Below are positions 10,294-21,529 of a DNA stretch of 64,000 nt, one piece after another. Both the position numbers and the translations under genes were made by a program. The number at the start of each line of letters is the position of its first letter. The first letter of the stretch is position 1. The notes under the pieces were generated by a model that ran no database searches, had not been told where the DNA came from, and saw only the letters and a program-made list of their open reading frames with translations. Source of the DNA: an uncultured candidate division Zixibacteria bacterium (GTDB lineage Bacteria; Zixibacteria; MSB-5A5; GN15; PGXB01); assembly GCA_963702205.1 (NCBI GenBank), contig OY969724.1:2336001-2400000 (forward strand). The letters are read 5' to 3'.

Positions 10294-10875
10294 TTACCAT
10301 ACAAACTGCGAGAATCCAACCCCGACCGATAAAATATTTCCCGAGATCGATTCATCGAAACCATCCGGTTTGAACGACAGACCCGAGAACGTCACACCGG
10401 CGTCGATCGCAACCGAATTCGTAATCATGGACATGAAACCAACCCTGCCTCCGTACATGAAAGCCGTGGCGTCTTCGTCCATAAGGCTGACCGAATAGTA
10501 TTGACCGAAAGCCTCGATGTACGGATAAAAGGCTCCTTTTTGTTCGGTACGATTCTGGCTGGCGTTGAAGAAATATGCCAATTTGGGGCCAAAGCCGATC
10601 AGGCTGGCATCGATATCGTCGCCCCAGGATGCATGAAGAATACTAAAATCTCCGCCGATCATTAGCCCCGGACTGGCGAAATAGCCGATGCCGGGATTGA
10701 TCGCTATCAGATTTATGCTGTTTCCGGCATAATCTTCAAACAAGTCCCCCCCGAGCGAAGTATAGGATGCCTGTCCGCTGAGCATGAAGCTCCCTTTGTC
10801 AACCGGAGAATCTTGCGCGACGGCGCCAATGGCGATAACGAGCATTGCAGCCAAACACAACGACAGAATTTTCAT
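10294..10875 (-). CDS. Outer-membrane beta-barrel protein
   Basis: Signal peptide, alternating beta-strand pattern, aromatic C-terminus (GFSQFVW). Confidence 0.75.
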   Translation of the reverse strand: MKILSLCLAAMLVIAIGAVAQDSPVDKGSFMLSGQASYTSLGGDLFEDYAGNSINLIAINPGIGYFASPGLMIGGDFSILHASWGDDIDASLIGFGPKLAYFFNASQNRTEQKGAFYPYIEAFGQYYSVSLMDEDATAFMYGGRVGFMSMITNSVAIDAGVTFSGLSFKPDGFDESISGNILSVGVGFSQFVW

Positions 10876-10952
10876 CTCTCCTCCCGGTTAGATGTTTTGT
10901 ATTAATGATATTACCCTGTGAGTTTATAACAAAATGCCTTGAAAAAATCAAT

Positions 10953-10978
10953 AAAAAAGCCGGGTCGTGAAACCCGGC
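10953..10978 (-). terminator. Intrinsic terminator (minus strand)
   Basis: gccgggt..acccggc stem preceded by A6 on the plus strand. Confidence 0.7.
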
Positions 10979-11001
10979 ATAAAATACAGACATCTTTTGT
11001 A

Positions 11002-11598
11002 TTAGAATCCGTAACCAAGAAGAACCATGAAGGTGCCGTTTTTGACCGATGTATTGTCACCTTCTTCGGTCTTGGCGACATTTGACAATCCCACCGTGTA
11101 GCGGGCATCGAGCGTTATTTTGCCGCTTTCCATCGCGAAATCTATCCCCGCTCCAAAGCTGATGCCAAAGTCGACACTTTCCGTACTGTCCTTGATGTCA
11201 ACGTCCCCTTTCTTTGCCGAGAGAAGAATACCCAGTTCCGGACCGGCAAAAATATTGGGGGAGATTTTGCCCTGAGTCGGAACGTCGTACTTCAGCAATA
11301 CCGGTATAACCAAGTAATCGAGCTTCAACTTCATGTCCCCAACTTCTGCTTTGACGCCCTTCATACAATATATAACTTCGGGCTGTACTGCCATCGCAGG
11401 CGAGAAATTATAGGTAAGGAAAGCACCGCCGGCAAAGCCCGCTTTCGCTTTTACGCCATCAATGTCACCGGTCAACGTAGACATCGACAAACCTGCTTTA
11501 AAACCTTTCGCGGTGATTCCTTTGACTGCCTCGCCCTCAGCGAATGCGCTTAAGGCCAGAAATGCTATCACAAATGTGAGAAGAACCAACTTCTTCAT
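11002..11598 (-). CDS. PorT-like outer-membrane beta-barrel protein
   Basis: GFKAGL, VQPEVIY..KG, LDYLVIPVLLKY, FAGP, DARYTVGL, terminal GYGF. Confidence 0.8.
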   Translation of the reverse strand: MKKLVLLTFVIAFLALSAFAEGEAVKGITAKGFKAGLSMSTLTGDIDGVKAKAGFAGGAFLTYNFSPAMAVQPEVIYCMKGVKAEVGDMKLKLDYLVIPVLLKYDVPTQGKISPNIFAGPELGILLSAKKGDVDIKDSTESVDFGISFGAGIDFAMESGKITLDARYTVGLSNVAKTEEGDNTSVKNGTFMVLLGYGF

Positions 11599-11940
11599 CT
11601 CACCCTCCTTGAGTTGTTGGTTAAATTGTAATTCCCAAAAATCACGTTGTCACCTACTTATCTAAACCTACAATCTATTTTTTGTTTGAATTCAGTCAAC
11701 TATAAAATAGTTACAGCAACTCCAAAAAATTCATACGAGTTATGTTGTATAGCGCGCCATATATCGTACTCCGGCTTTCCTGATGATTTGGCCCTGGAAT
11801 GTGGATAACTCAAATTCCGACATTGAGAAAATAAACGAATAACTCCGGTATTATGCCGACAAGGTCTTGCTTTGCAGACATGATTTTATTATATAATCTA
11901 ATTACGCAAGATCATAAAACCAAAGAAGTTGGAGGAATAA

Positions 11941-13131
11941 ATGTCAGATAAAAATCAGGCTTATATAGTTTCCGCCTGCCGAAGCGCCATTGGCACATTT
12001 CTGGGTGGATTATCATCGTTTACAGGGACGCAGCTTGGCGCCCTGGCCATAAGAGAAGCTGTCAAACGCGCCAATATTGACCCCGCCAAAATCGACGAAG
12101 TTGTCATGGGACAGGTCGTTCAAGCCGGTGTCGGCCAAGCTCCGGCGCGCCAGGCGGCCATATTCGGAGGCATTCCGGCCCACGTGGCTTCTTTCACAAT
12201 CAACAAAGTTTGCGGTTCGGGTCTGAAATCGGTCATGCTGGCCGCGCAGTCGATCCGTGCGGGGGACCAGCACTGTGTCGTAGCCGGAGGCATGGAGTCG
12301 ATGTCCGGCACGCCGTATGTCCTGCATGGGGCCAAAGGCGGATTGAAATTCGGCGATAAGAAGCTGCAGGATTCAATGGTTCTCGATGGTCTCTGGTGTG
12401 CCTTCAAGAACTGGCATATGGGCAGCGCTGCCGAGCTGACCGGCCGCAAAGCCGGAATCACCCGCGAAGAGCAGGATGAATTCGCATACAATTCTCACAA
12501 GAAAGCGGTCGCCGCGATAGCATCCGGCAAATTTAAAGACGAAATATTTCCGATCGAAATACCGCAGAGAAAAGGTGACTCGTTAAAATTCGATACCGAC
12601 GAGTGTCCGCGCGGCAATATTTCACTCGAGGCCCTCGCGAAACTTCGCCCGGCTTTCGAAAAAGACGGTACCGTCACCGCCGGAAACGCTCCGGGGCTGA
12701 ATGATGGTTCTTCGGCGACCGTGGTCGTGTCCGAGCAGTTCATGAAGGAAAACAATCTCAAACCGCTGGCCCGTATCATCGATTACACCACTGCCGGGGT
12801 CGAGCCTGAAATGATTTTCTTCGCCCCGATATACGCCGTACGTAATCTGTGCGAGAAGATGGGCGTCGATGTCAATCATTTCGACCTGATCGAAGCCAAC
12901 GAGGCCTTCTCCGTGCAGGCGCTGGCCGACGGCAAAGAACTCGGCTGGGATTGGAACAAGGTCAACGTGCACGGCGGGGCGGTGGCGATGGGCCATCCCA
13001 TCGGTGCCTCGGGAGCTCGCGTCCTGACCACGTTGATTTATGCGCTTAAGGATCGCGGTCTCAAGAACGGTTTGGCGACGCTTTGCCTCGGCGGCGGGCA
13101 CGCCGTGGCGCTGTCAATTGAAATGGTATAA
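11941..13131 (+). CDS. Acetyl-CoA C-acetyltransferase (classical NEAF-type thiolase)
   Basis: [34 protein letters not shown]. Confidence 0.92.
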   Translation: MSDKNQAYIVSACRSAIGTFLGGLSSFTGTQLGALAIREAVKRANIDPAKIDEVVMGQVVQAGVGQAPARQAAIFGGIPAHVASFTINKVCGSGLKSVMLAAQSIRAGDQHCVVAGGMESMSGTPYVLHGAKGGLKFGDKKLQDSMVLDGLWCAFKNWHMGSAAELTGRKAGITREEQDEFAYNSHKKAVAAIASGKFKDEIFPIEIPQRKGDSLKFDTDECPRGNISLEALAKLRPAFEKDGTVTAGNAPGLNDGSSATVVVSEQFMKENNLKPLARIIDYTTAGVEPEMIFFAPIYAVRNLCEKMGVDVNHFDLIEANEAFSVQALADGKELGWDWNKVNVHGGAVAMGHPIGASGARVLTTLIYALKDRGLKNGLATLCLGGGHAVALSIEMV

Positions 13132-13151
13132 ATTCAGGAGGGAGTACGGCA

Positions 13152-14021
13152 ATGAAAGTCGATGATATAAAAAAAATAGCCGTCATCGGCGGCGGTACTA
13201 TGGGTAACGGCATCGTGCACGTCTGCGCCATGACCGGTTACGATGTAGTTTTAATCGAAACCAAGCAGGAATTTCTCGACCGGGCGCTTGGCACGATCGG
13301 CAAAAACCTCGACCGCATGGTTTCGAAAGAGAAGATAACCGAGAAAGATAAGACTGAGGCGCTGTCCCGGATCAAAGGTTCCACTAACATGGAAGACGCC
13401 AAAGATGCTCAGATTGTAATCGAAGCGGTTTTCGAAGATTTGAACGTCAAGCTGGATATATTCAAAAAGCTCGACGCTCTGTGCCCGCCGGATACGATTC
13501 TGGCTTCCAACACTTCGTCTATTTCAATCACCAAACTCGGTGCCGCCACGAAGCGACCCGATAAAGTCGTCGGTATGCATTTCATGAATCCGGTTCCGAT
13601 GATGAAGCTGGTCGAGATGATACGCGGCCTGGGCACATCGATGGAGACATTTCAACTGGTCGATGAACTGGCCCGCAAACTGGGCAAGTCGCCGATCCCA
13701 TCGCACGACTATCCTGGTTTTATCGCCAACCGCATTCTCATGCCGATGATCAACGAAGCGATTTTTGCGCTGTTCGAGGGCGTCGGTTCGGTCGAGGCGA
13801 TCGACGCTGTCATGAAACTCGGCATGGCCCACCCGATGGGCCCGTTTACGCTGGCCGACTTTATCGGGCTGGACGTCTGTCTGGCCATTCTGGAAGTATT
13901 GCATGAAGGTTTGGGCGATCCCAAATACCGCCCGTGCCCGCTGTTGAAGAAAATGGTCGAAGCCGGTTATCTGGGAAGAAAGACCGGCAAAGGCTTTTAT
14001 GATTACACCCAGCAAGGATAA
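13152..14021 (+). CDS. hbd: 3-hydroxybutyryl-CoA dehydrogenase
   Basis: [42 protein letters not shown]. Confidence 0.92.
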   Translation: MKVDDIKKIAVIGGGTMGNGIVHVCAMTGYDVVLIETKQEFLDRALGTIGKNLDRMVSKEKITEKDKTEALSRIKGSTNMEDAKDAQIVIEAVFEDLNVKLDIFKKLDALCPPDTILASNTSSISITKLGAATKRPDKVVGMHFMNPVPMMKLVEMIRGLGTSMETFQLVDELARKLGKSPIPSHDYPGFIANRILMPMINEAIFALFEGVGSVEAIDAVMKLGMAHPMGPFTLADFIGLDVCLAILEVLHEGLGDPKYRPCPLLKKMVEAGYLGRKTGKGFYDYTQQG

Positions 14022-14027
14022 ACGATT

Positions 14028-15170
14028 ATGGATTTCAATTTAAGCGAGGATCAAATCCTGTTGCGCGATACCGCTCGCGAATTCGCACAGAAACGGCTGT
14101 ATGGAATAGCCGAGGAGCTCGACGCCAAAGCCGAAATGCCCGCGGAACTTCTGCAGGAAACGGCCGAACTCGGCTTTTTCGGTTTGCTGGCGCCGGAAGA
14201 ATTCGGCGGGCTTGCGGCCGATACGCTCAGCTATGCCCTGTGCATCGAAGAAATCTCGAAGGCGTGTGCCGGGCTGGCCATCACGATCAGTGTCCACAAT
14301 TCGCTGACGATCAAAGCGATTGAGATGTACGGCACCGACGCACAAAAGCAGGAATACTTACCGAAGCTGGCGGCCGGGGAGATTATCGGAGCGTACTCAC
14401 TGTCGGAGCCGGATAGCGGCACCGATGCCGGGGGCCTGAAATGCCAGGCGATCGCCGACGGCGACGATTATATCTTCAATGGCACCAAAAGCTGGGTGAC
14501 CTCGGCCAAATTCGCCGGGCTGACGGTAGTCTTTGCGCTGACCGATCCGAAAGAGGGCCCGAAAGGAATCTCGGCCATTCTGGTTCCTCCGGGAATAGGC
14601 GGCATGAATCTCGGTGCTCCCGAAAAAAAGATGGGTATTAAATGTTCCGATACCAGAGAAGTATCTTTTATGGACGCCCGCGTCCCCAAAGTCAATTTGC
14701 TCGGCGAAGAAAACTCGGGATTCAAGATTGCTCTGTCGCTTTTGGACAATGGCCGGGTCGGTGTCGGTGCCCAGGCGCTGGGTATCGCCGAGGCGGCTTT
14801 CGCCGAAGCGCTGAAATATTCCAAAGAGCGCAAGCAGTTCGGGCAATCACTCAGTAATTTTCAGGCGATTCAGTTCAAACTGGCCGACATGGCGACGCGT
14901 ATCGAACAGGCACGACTGATGGTTTATCAGGCGGCGGTTCTAAAAGACGCGGAAGGACGGCATTCGCGTAAAATATCGATGGCCAAACTGGTCGCTTCCG
15001 AAACGGCTAATTTCGTGACTAATCAGGCCGTGCAGATTCACGGCGGTTACGGGTATGTAAAAGAATATCCGGTCGAGCGCTATTTCCGCGATGCCCGGGT
15101 TACGGAAATTTATGAAGGAACCTCGGAAGCTCAACGTATAGTTATATCAAGGGACCTGCTTAAGGAATAA
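14028..15170 (+). CDS. Acyl-CoA dehydrogenase (short-chain/butyryl-CoA type)
   Basis: LSEPDSGTD, ERKQFG, QAIQFKLADM, QIHGGYGY, EIYEGTSE. Confidence 0.9.
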   Translation: MDFNLSEDQILLRDTAREFAQKRLYGIAEELDAKAEMPAELLQETAELGFFGLLAPEEFGGLAADTLSYALCIEEISKACAGLAITISVHNSLTIKAIEMYGTDAQKQEYLPKLAAGEIIGAYSLSEPDSGTDAGGLKCQAIADGDDYIFNGTKSWVTSAKFAGLTVVFALTDPKEGPKGISAILVPPGIGGMNLGAPEKKMGIKCSDTREVSFMDARVPKVNLLGEENSGFKIALSLLDNGRVGVGAQALGIAEAAFAEALKYSKERKQFGQSLSNFQAIQFKLADMATRIEQARLMVYQAAVLKDAEGRHSRKISMAKLVASETANFVTNQAVQIHGGYGYVKEYPVERYFRDARVTEIYEGTSEAQRIVISRDLLKE

Positions 15171-15172
15171 TC

Positions 15173-16318
15173 ATGGATTTTGACATAAAATACAAGGACC
15201 TGAGGCGGGAGGTCCGCGACTATTGTGAAGAAAAAATCGCTCCTCATTCGGCGCAGGTAGATCGCGAGCAGATCTATTCGCAGGATGTCCACAAACTAAT
15301 CAATGACAAGGGCTGGTGGGGCTGCATTGTACCGAAAGACCTGGGTGGTTTGGGGCTGGCGACAGCCGAGTACGCTATCATCGTCGAGGAAGTCTCCCGC
15401 GTCTGCGGTTCAACCGGCTTGACACTTGCGGCCCACAACTCCCTCGGGACGTTTCCGATTAATTATTTCGGAACGGAGGAGCAGAAGAAGAAGTACCTGC
15501 CTCCCGCAGCGCAAGGAGACCTCATTGCATTCGGCCTGACCGAACCCGAAGCCGGATCCGACGCGGGAGGAACCAAAACCCGGGCGGAGAAAACCGACGA
15601 CGGGTATATCGTCAACGGTACCAAATGCTGGATCACCTCGGCCAATGTCTGTAAAGCCTCGATTATCACCGCTCGCACGAGCAATGAAGGCGGCGTGCAC
15701 GGGATATCGTCGTTTATCATTGAAAAGGGCATGGACGGCTTTTCTATCGGTAAAAAAGAAAATAAGATGGGTTGTCGTGGGTCGGATACGGCCTTCATGC
15801 ACTTCGACGATCTCAAATTCCCGGCCTGGCACCTTATCGGAAAAGAAGGCGAGGGATTCAAGCAGTTCATGATCACTCTCGACGGGGGACGCATTTCAAT
15901 CGGTGCCATGGGTATCGGTCTGGCCCAGGGGGCGCTCGACGCCGCCGCGAAATACAGCGAAAGCCGGATTCAGGGCGGCAAGCCAATCAACCGCAATCAG
16001 GCCATACAGTTCAAACTGGCCGATATGGCGACCCAGATCGAAGCGGCTCGTCTGATCATGTACAAGACCTGCTGGCTGAAGGACAATGGTCACAACCATA
16101 CCAAGCTCTCCGCCATGTGCAAGATGTATTCATCCGAAGTGGCGCATTTCTGCACCGACCAGGCCATACAGATTCTCGGCGGAGTCGGATATACCGAACG
16201 CTATCCGGTCGAGCGGTACTACCGTGACATGAAGCTGTGTGAAATCGGCGAAGGCACGTCAGAGGTGCAGCGCATTGTCATCGCCCGCGAAGTCATAAAA
16301 GAAATTACGCAGGCTTGA
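15173..16318 (+). CDS. Acyl-CoA dehydrogenase (YngJ-like, possible isovaleryl-CoA dehydrogenase)
   Basis: CGSTGL, FGLTEPEAGSDAGGT, GFKQFMITLDGGRISI, EIGEGTSE. Confidence 0.85.
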   Translation: MDFDIKYKDLRREVRDYCEEKIAPHSAQVDREQIYSQDVHKLINDKGWWGCIVPKDLGGLGLATAEYAIIVEEVSRVCGSTGLTLAAHNSLGTFPINYFGTEEQKKKYLPPAAQGDLIAFGLTEPEAGSDAGGTKTRAEKTDDGYIVNGTKCWITSANVCKASIITARTSNEGGVHGISSFIIEKGMDGFSIGKKENKMGCRGSDTAFMHFDDLKFPAWHLIGKEGEGFKQFMITLDGGRISIGAMGIGLAQGALDAAAKYSESRIQGGKPINRNQAIQFKLADMATQIEAARLIMYKTCWLKDNGHNHTKLSAMCKMYSSEVAHFCTDQAIQILGGVGYTERYPVERYYRDMKLCEIGEGTSEVQRIVIAREVIKEITQA

Positions 16319-16325
16319 TATAAAG

Positions 16326-16371
16326 GCAGGTCGGGCTCCGAATCCCGTTTGACGGGATGAGAAACCTGACA
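16326..16371 (+). repeat. REP-like palindrome (GYAG family)
   Basis: gcaggtcgggctccgaatcccgtttgacgggatgagaaacctgaca, near-identical to 26055-26100. Confidence 0.75.
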
Positions 16372-16382
16372 TTTGTACAAAT

Positions 16383-17069
16383 ATGACACCGTTCGTAACT
16401 CAAAAGAACCTGGCCGAAATGGCCCGTCAATGGCTTGAGGAAATCGCACCGGTCAATACTCATAGCTGGGCGTTAGATCGTGATAAAACCGCCCTTATGG
16501 TCATCGACATGCAGCGGTTTTTTGTCGAACCGGGATCCCCTTTATCGCTCGAACATGGCAATGTCATAATTCCGACCATTAAAAGACTGATCGAGGGTTT
16601 TCGTAAAGCCGAACTGCCGGTCATCTATACACGCCATGTTCACCATGCCGACGGCAGCGATGCCGGAAATCTCGGCTGGTGGTGGGACGGCATGATTATC
16701 GAAGGCTCGCCCGAAAGCGAAATTAATTCTGAACTGACGCCGTTTCCGGGCGAGAAAGTCATTTTCAAACATCGGTATTCATCGTTTCTCGGAACAGACC
16801 TCGAAACCATATTGCGCGGTAAAGGCATTAACGATATTGTGATCTCCGGCGTGATGACCAACCTGTGCTGTGAGACGACCGCCCGCGAGGCATTCATGAG
16901 GGATTATAGAGTGACCTTTCTGGCCGACGCTACCGGCACCGCGTCGGAGGAAATGCATCTCGCAACACTCAGAAATCTGGCTTTCGGATTCGCCCGGATT
17001 GCTTTGGCCGACGATGTCTCGAAAGAAATAACCGAAACCAGAAAAGACGTCGCTCCGGTCAACGATTAA
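16383..17069 (+). CDS. Isochorismatase / cysteine hydrolase family protein
   Basis: VIDMQ, KHRYSSF, GVMTNLCCETTAR triad. Confidence 0.88.
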   Translation: MTPFVTQKNLAEMARQWLEEIAPVNTHSWALDRDKTALMVIDMQRFFVEPGSPLSLEHGNVIIPTIKRLIEGFRKAELPVIYTRHVHHADGSDAGNLGWWWDGMIIEGSPESEINSELTPFPGEKVIFKHRYSSFLGTDLETILRGKGINDIVISGVMTNLCCETTAREAFMRDYRVTFLADATGTASEEMHLATLRNLAFGFARIALADDVSKEITETRKDVAPVND

Positions 17070-17799
17070 TCATATACTCGATTACATTTACGAAGAAATT
17101 TTTACCGTTTTCCGTCATTGATCCCGAAGCGTTGGTAAATCCCCACAGGAAATAACGCCGTCCTTCGCTAATCAAGGCGTATTGCGTCGGGTATTCCGGC
17201 CGGCGTCCATAGTACAGCACCGAATCCGCAAGACCCTGATCTCTATCGATGCCGATAATGCCCGAATTGTAATAAACGGCTATCAAAGTATCCTGAGTAA
17301 ATTCAATCTGGTCAGGTGTTTTGAATACGGAACTGTCGGTGTGAATGCGGCCGTCGGCGATGGTCACCTGTGTATTCAATATACTGGTGCTGGAACTGTC
17401 GGGAAAATAATCGCCGTTGTCCCAACCGATAGTCAGCCCGATCTCGCCGAAAAAGCGCGCGCCGCCGAATCCGAGGCCAAGCACCGGAAGGTTGGAATTA
17501 ATGATTGCGTTACCCTGCACCACGGAACCCCAGTCGCTGCCGCTGCCGATCCACGAGTCGATAATTATCAAATCATACTGTGAAAAATCGGCCGACGCCA
17601 CCTGATCCATGGTAAATGCCTGAAACACATATCCGCGCCCGGTCAGAAACGTCATGAAATCGGTCTGGTCCTTGTGCGTCGCACCGGGCTGATAAATAAA
17701 AGCGATTTTGCTGAAGTCTTCAGGCGAAGAGGTTCCGTTTTTCTCGGCGCAGGCCGAGACGATTATTAATGATAATAGTACAAAAAGTATATTCTTCAT
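17059..17799 (-). CDS. Hypothetical lipoprotein
   Basis: Signal peptide with lipobox IVSAC. Confidence 0.7.
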   Translation of the reverse strand: MKNILFVLLSLIIVSACAEKNGTSSPEDFSKIAFIYQPGATHKDQTDFMTFLTGRGYVFQAFTMDQVASADFSQYDLIIIDSWIGSGSDWGSVVQGNAIINSNLPVLGLGFGGARFFGEIGLTIGWDNGDYFPDSSSTSILNTQVTIADGRIHTDSSVFKTPDQIEFTQDTLIAVYYNSGIIGIDRDQGLADSVLYYGRRPEYPTQYALISEGRRYFLWGFTNASGSMTENGKNFFVNVIEYMINR

Positions 17800-17871
17800 A
17801 TTATCCCATGCCTTTCAATATATATTTACATGGAATATAAATGTGCGGCCGGCCGACAAACCACTAAAAAA

Positions 17872-18612
17872 TCAGGAGCCTTTAAGGGTTTTTTCGTCGT
17901 ACCCCCAGCCTTTGCAGGAGGGCACGTCGATCAAAATCAGGCTGCTGTCGTCGACGGATTTAATGTCGATTTTGTTCTCAAGGTCGATGCGCGCCTGGTC
18001 GTTGGCCGAAAAAGTCCGCCCGTTTATTTCGACTTTGCCGCTGCCGACATAGACGAATATCCGGCGCGTTTCCCCCGCGGTGAAACTTATATTTTTGCCT
18101 TTATCGAGGTCCGCCCGGTAGATGGTGGCGTCCGTATGAATAGTAACCGCGCCGGGAATGTTCTGTCCCGACGCCACCGCAACGAGCTTATTTTTTAATT
18201 CGGTGGGGGTGAAGGTCTTCTGATCGTACGACGGTTTCAAACCGGGCGTATCCGGATAAATCCATATTTGATAAAAATGTGTTTTTGTTTGTGAGAGGTT
18301 GTATTCCGAATGGGTAAGGCCTGTTCCGGCCGACATACGCTGCACCTCACCGGCCCTGATGACGGCTTCATTACCCATGCTGTCTTTGTGCGTGATCTCA
18401 CCCTCGAGAGCAATCGTAACAATCTCCATCTCTCGATGCGGATGAGTCGGGAAGCCTTTTCCCGGAAGCACGACGTCGTCGTTGAAGACTCTTAACGCTC
18501 CGAACTGAATATTATCGGGATCGAAGTAGTTTGCGAACGAAAACAACCAGTGGGTTTTCAGCCAGCCGAAATCATTAAAATGCCGCTGGTCGGATTTAAT
18601 CTGTTTAATCAT
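17872..18612 (-). CDS. Pirin family protein (YhhW-like)
   Basis: FSFANYFDP, LRVFNDD, HPHREMEI, HKDSMGN, MSAGTGLTHSE, QIWI. Confidence 0.92.
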   Translation of the reverse strand: MIKQIKSDQRHFNDFGWLKTHWLFSFANYFDPDNIQFGALRVFNDDVVLPGKGFPTHPHREMEIVTIALEGEITHKDSMGNEAVIRAGEVQRMSAGTGLTHSEYNLSQTKTHFYQIWIYPDTPGLKPSYDQKTFTPTELKNKLVAVASGQNIPGAVTIHTDATIYRADLDKGKNISFTAGETRRIFVYVGSGKVEINGRTFSANDQARIDLENKIDIKSVDDSSLILIDVPSCKGWGYDEKTLKGS

Positions 18613-18736
18613 ATTGTCCGTCCATATGTGTATAAGTTTTACAGCTATGATACGTATTTTACCGGCCTGCGAGCAAAAATTGCATTTGTTCCGTTATTTT
18701 GCTTAATATCAATGACTTGCGCGGGCGACAAGAGGC

Positions 18737-18765
18737 TTGAATTTGGGAAATCGATTCTTTATATT
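18737..18765 (+). promoter_or_regulatory. Putative sigma70 promoter of ilvE-rpiB-glyA
   Basis: TTGAAT-N17-TATATT. Confidence 0.55.
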
Positions 18766-18819
18766 AATGACAGATAAAATTGATATATTTCAATTTTAAA
18801 ATGATTGAGGAGAAGCAGC

Positions 18820-19779
18820 ATGCCTTTTAATAAAGTCGATTATATCTGGATGAATGGCACCATGGTCAAGTGGGACGAGGCCAAAATTCATGTTCTGTCT
18901 CATGTTGTGCACTACGGATCGTCTATATTCGAGGGCGAAAGGTGCTACAAGACGCCCAAGGGTCCGGCCTGTTTCCGTCACCGGGATCACACCGACCGTC
19001 TGTTCAATTCCTGCAAGATTTATCGCATGAAAATACCATACTCCAAAGACGAAATATTCAACGCGGCTCTGGAGTTGATCGCGGTCAATGGTATCGAGGA
19101 ATGCTATATCCGTCCAATTGTTTACCGGGGCTATGATTCGCTTGGTGTGGATCCGTCGAAATGCCCGATCGACGTGGCTATCGCGGTCTGGCCATGGGGT
19201 GCCTATCTCGGACCGGAAGCGCTGGAGAAAGGTGTCAAGGCCTGTATTTCAACCTGGAGGCGCAACGCCCCCGATACGATGCCCATGATGGCCAAGGCCG
19301 GTGCCAATTATATGGGCAGCCAGTTGATTAAAATGGAAGCTATTGCGCGCGGCTTTGCGGAGGGAATAGGGCTCGACGTTTACGGGCACGTTTCCGAAGG
19401 CTCGGCGCAGAATATATTCCTCGTCATGAAAGGCAAATTGTATACCCCCCCGGTGGCGGCGTCGATATTGCCGGGCATAACCCGCGATACGATCATGATT
19501 CTCGCGCGGGAAATGGGCTTTGAGGTCATTGAACAAAACGTACAGCGAGAGATGCTTTATATCGCCGATGAGGTCTTTTTCACCGGGACGGCGGCCGAGG
19601 TTTCGCCGGTGTCGCAGATCGACGGCATCGTGATCGGTTCCGGCAGCCGGGGCCCGATAACCGAAAAACTGCAAAGCCGTTTCTTCGATATTCTTCAGGG
19701 CCGGACCGATGACGAGCACGACTGGTTGACGTACGTTCCGACCGGTAAAGGCGTGACCGCCAACCGGGAGAGAGCATGA
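18820..19779 (+). CDS. ilvE: Branched-chain amino acid aminotransferase
   Basis: [20 protein letters not shown] (PLP Lys), ILPGITR, GTAAEV; GAGGAG RBS. Confidence 0.93.
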   Translation: MPFNKVDYIWMNGTMVKWDEAKIHVLSHVVHYGSSIFEGERCYKTPKGPACFRHRDHTDRLFNSCKIYRMKIPYSKDEIFNAALELIAVNGIEECYIRPIVYRGYDSLGVDPSKCPIDVAIAVWPWGAYLGPEALEKGVKACISTWRRNAPDTMPMMAKAGANYMGSQLIKMEAIARGFAEGIGLDVYGHVSEGSAQNIFLVMKGKLYTPPVAASILPGITRDTIMILAREMGFEVIEQNVQREMLYIADEVFFTGTAAEVSPVSQIDGIVIGSGSRGPITEKLQSRFFDILQGRTDDEHDWLTYVPTGKGVTANRERA

Positions 19780-20216
19780 AAATAGCCATCGGGTCGGACC
19801 ATGCTGGCTTTGAATACAAAGAGAAGGTCAGGCACATTCTCGAAAAGCTCGGCCACGAAGTAATCGATTTCGGAACCACGGGCAAGGATTCGGTTGACTA
19901 TTCCGATTTTGGTTTGAAAGTTGCCCGTGAAGTGGCCGATCATAAGGCCGATCGCGGGGTGGCCGTCTGCTGGACCGGTAACGGCATGACCATTGCGGCC
20001 AACAAGGTTAAGGGCATACGCGCGACTTTATGTCTCAATCAGGACATGGCCCTCTATGCCCGACTGCACAACGACTCCAATGTGCTGACTCTGTCGCAGA
20101 AGTACATCGACGAAAAAGAACTTGAGAACATTGTACGGACCTGGTTAGAGACGGAATTCGAAGGAGGCCGCCACAGCCGCAGACTGGAAAAAATATCAAG
20201 GGCCGAATCGGCATAG
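19776..20216 (+). CDS. rpiB: Ribose 5-phosphate isomerase B
   Basis: [34 protein letters not shown]. Confidence 0.93.
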   Translation: MKIAIGSDHAGFEYKEKVRHILEKLGHEVIDFGTTGKDSVDYSDFGLKVAREVADHKADRGVAVCWTGNGMTIAANKVKGIRATLCLNQDMALYARLHNDSNVLTLSQKYIDEKELENIVRTWLETEFEGGRHSRRLEKISRAESA

Positions 20217-20263
20217 AAGTCCGATGGCCCGATTGTAACGAAATAAACGACAGGTGGGATAAA

Positions 20264-21508
20264 ATGAGTCAATTGAGGTTGGTCGACCCGGAGATATACG
20301 ATGCCATCGTGCACGAAACCCTCCGCGAATCGACCAAACTGGAACTGATCGCGTCGGAGAATTTCGTCTCTGAGGCGGTCCTGGAGGCCGCCGGCGGCAT
20401 TATGACCAATAAGTACGCCGAAGGTTATCCGGGTAAACGGTATTATGGCGGGTGTGAATTTGTCGACGTTGCCGAAAACCTTGCCCGCGAACGAGCCATG
20501 AAACTGTTCAGGGCCGAGCATGCCAACGTGCAGCCACATTCCGGCTCACAGGCCAACATGGCCGTCTATTTCACGGTCCTAAAGCCGGGCGACAAGGTGA
20601 TGGGTATGGACCTGTCGCACGGTGGTCATCTGACCCACGGCCACCCGATCAATTTTTCCGGCATGTTGTATGAAATCCACGGCTATCAGGTAAGTAAGGA
20701 AACCGAGACCATTGACTACGACGCCCTGATCGCCATGGCCAGGGAAGTCCGGCCGAAACTCATCATTGCCGGCGCGTCGGCTTATCCGAGAATTATCGAT
20801 TTCAAAAAGTTCCGCGAGGCGGCCGACAGTTGCGGGGCATATCTCATGGTCGACATGGCCCATATCGCCGGGCTGGTCGCGGCCGGGCTGCATCCGTCGC
20901 CGGTACCATACGCCGATTTCGTGACGACCACCACCCACAAGACCCTTCGCGGACCGCGCGGCGGAATGATTCTTTGCAAAGAAAAATACGCCGCCGATCT
21001 CGATCGAACAGTTATGCCGGGCATCCAGGGCGGACCGCTGATGCATATCATCGCCGCCAAGGCCGTGGCACTTAAAGAAGCACTCAACCCTGAATTCAAG
21101 GAATATCAAAAGAAAATAATCGAAAACGCCGCCGCTATGGCCGGAGCATTGAAAGACAAGGGATATCATATCGTGTCCGGTGGGACCGATAATCACCTGT
21201 TTTTGATGTCGTTTCTGGATCGGGACTATTCCGGCAAGAAAGTTGAAAATGCTCTTGATGCCTCAGGGATCACGGTCAATAAGAATACCGTTCCGTTCGA
21301 CACGCGTAAGCCGTTCGTAACGTCCGGTATTCGGGTTGGCACTCCGGCTATAACATCGCGCGGGATGGGCACGGAGGAAATGGTGCAGATCGCGGAATTC
21401 ATCGACCGCGTCATACAAAATCTGGGCAATGAGGAAGTTTATGCCTCGGTGGCGCAGGACGTGAAGGAACTTTGCGAAAAATTTCCACTGTATCCCGAAC
21501 GGACCTGA
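20264..21508 (+). CDS. glyA: Serine hydroxymethyltransferase
   Basis: [39 protein letters not shown]. Confidence 0.96.
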   Translation: MSQLRLVDPEIYDAIVHETLRESTKLELIASENFVSEAVLEAAGGIMTNKYAEGYPGKRYYGGCEFVDVAENLARERAMKLFRAEHANVQPHSGSQANMAVYFTVLKPGDKVMGMDLSHGGHLTHGHPINFSGMLYEIHGYQVSKETETIDYDALIAMAREVRPKLIIAGASAYPRIIDFKKFREAADSCGAYLMVDMAHIAGLVAAGLHPSPVPYADFVTTTTHKTLRGPRGGMILCKEKYAADLDRTVMPGIQGGPLMHIIAAKAVALKEALNPEFKEYQKKIIENAAAMAGALKDKGYHIVSGGTDNHLFLMSFLDRDYSGKKVENALDASGITVNKNTVPFDTRKPFVTSGIRVGTPAITSRGMGTEEMVQIAEFIDRVIQNLGNEEVYASVAQDVKELCEKFPLYPERT

Positions 21509-21529
21509 CGGTGTAACGAAGATTTGGAA

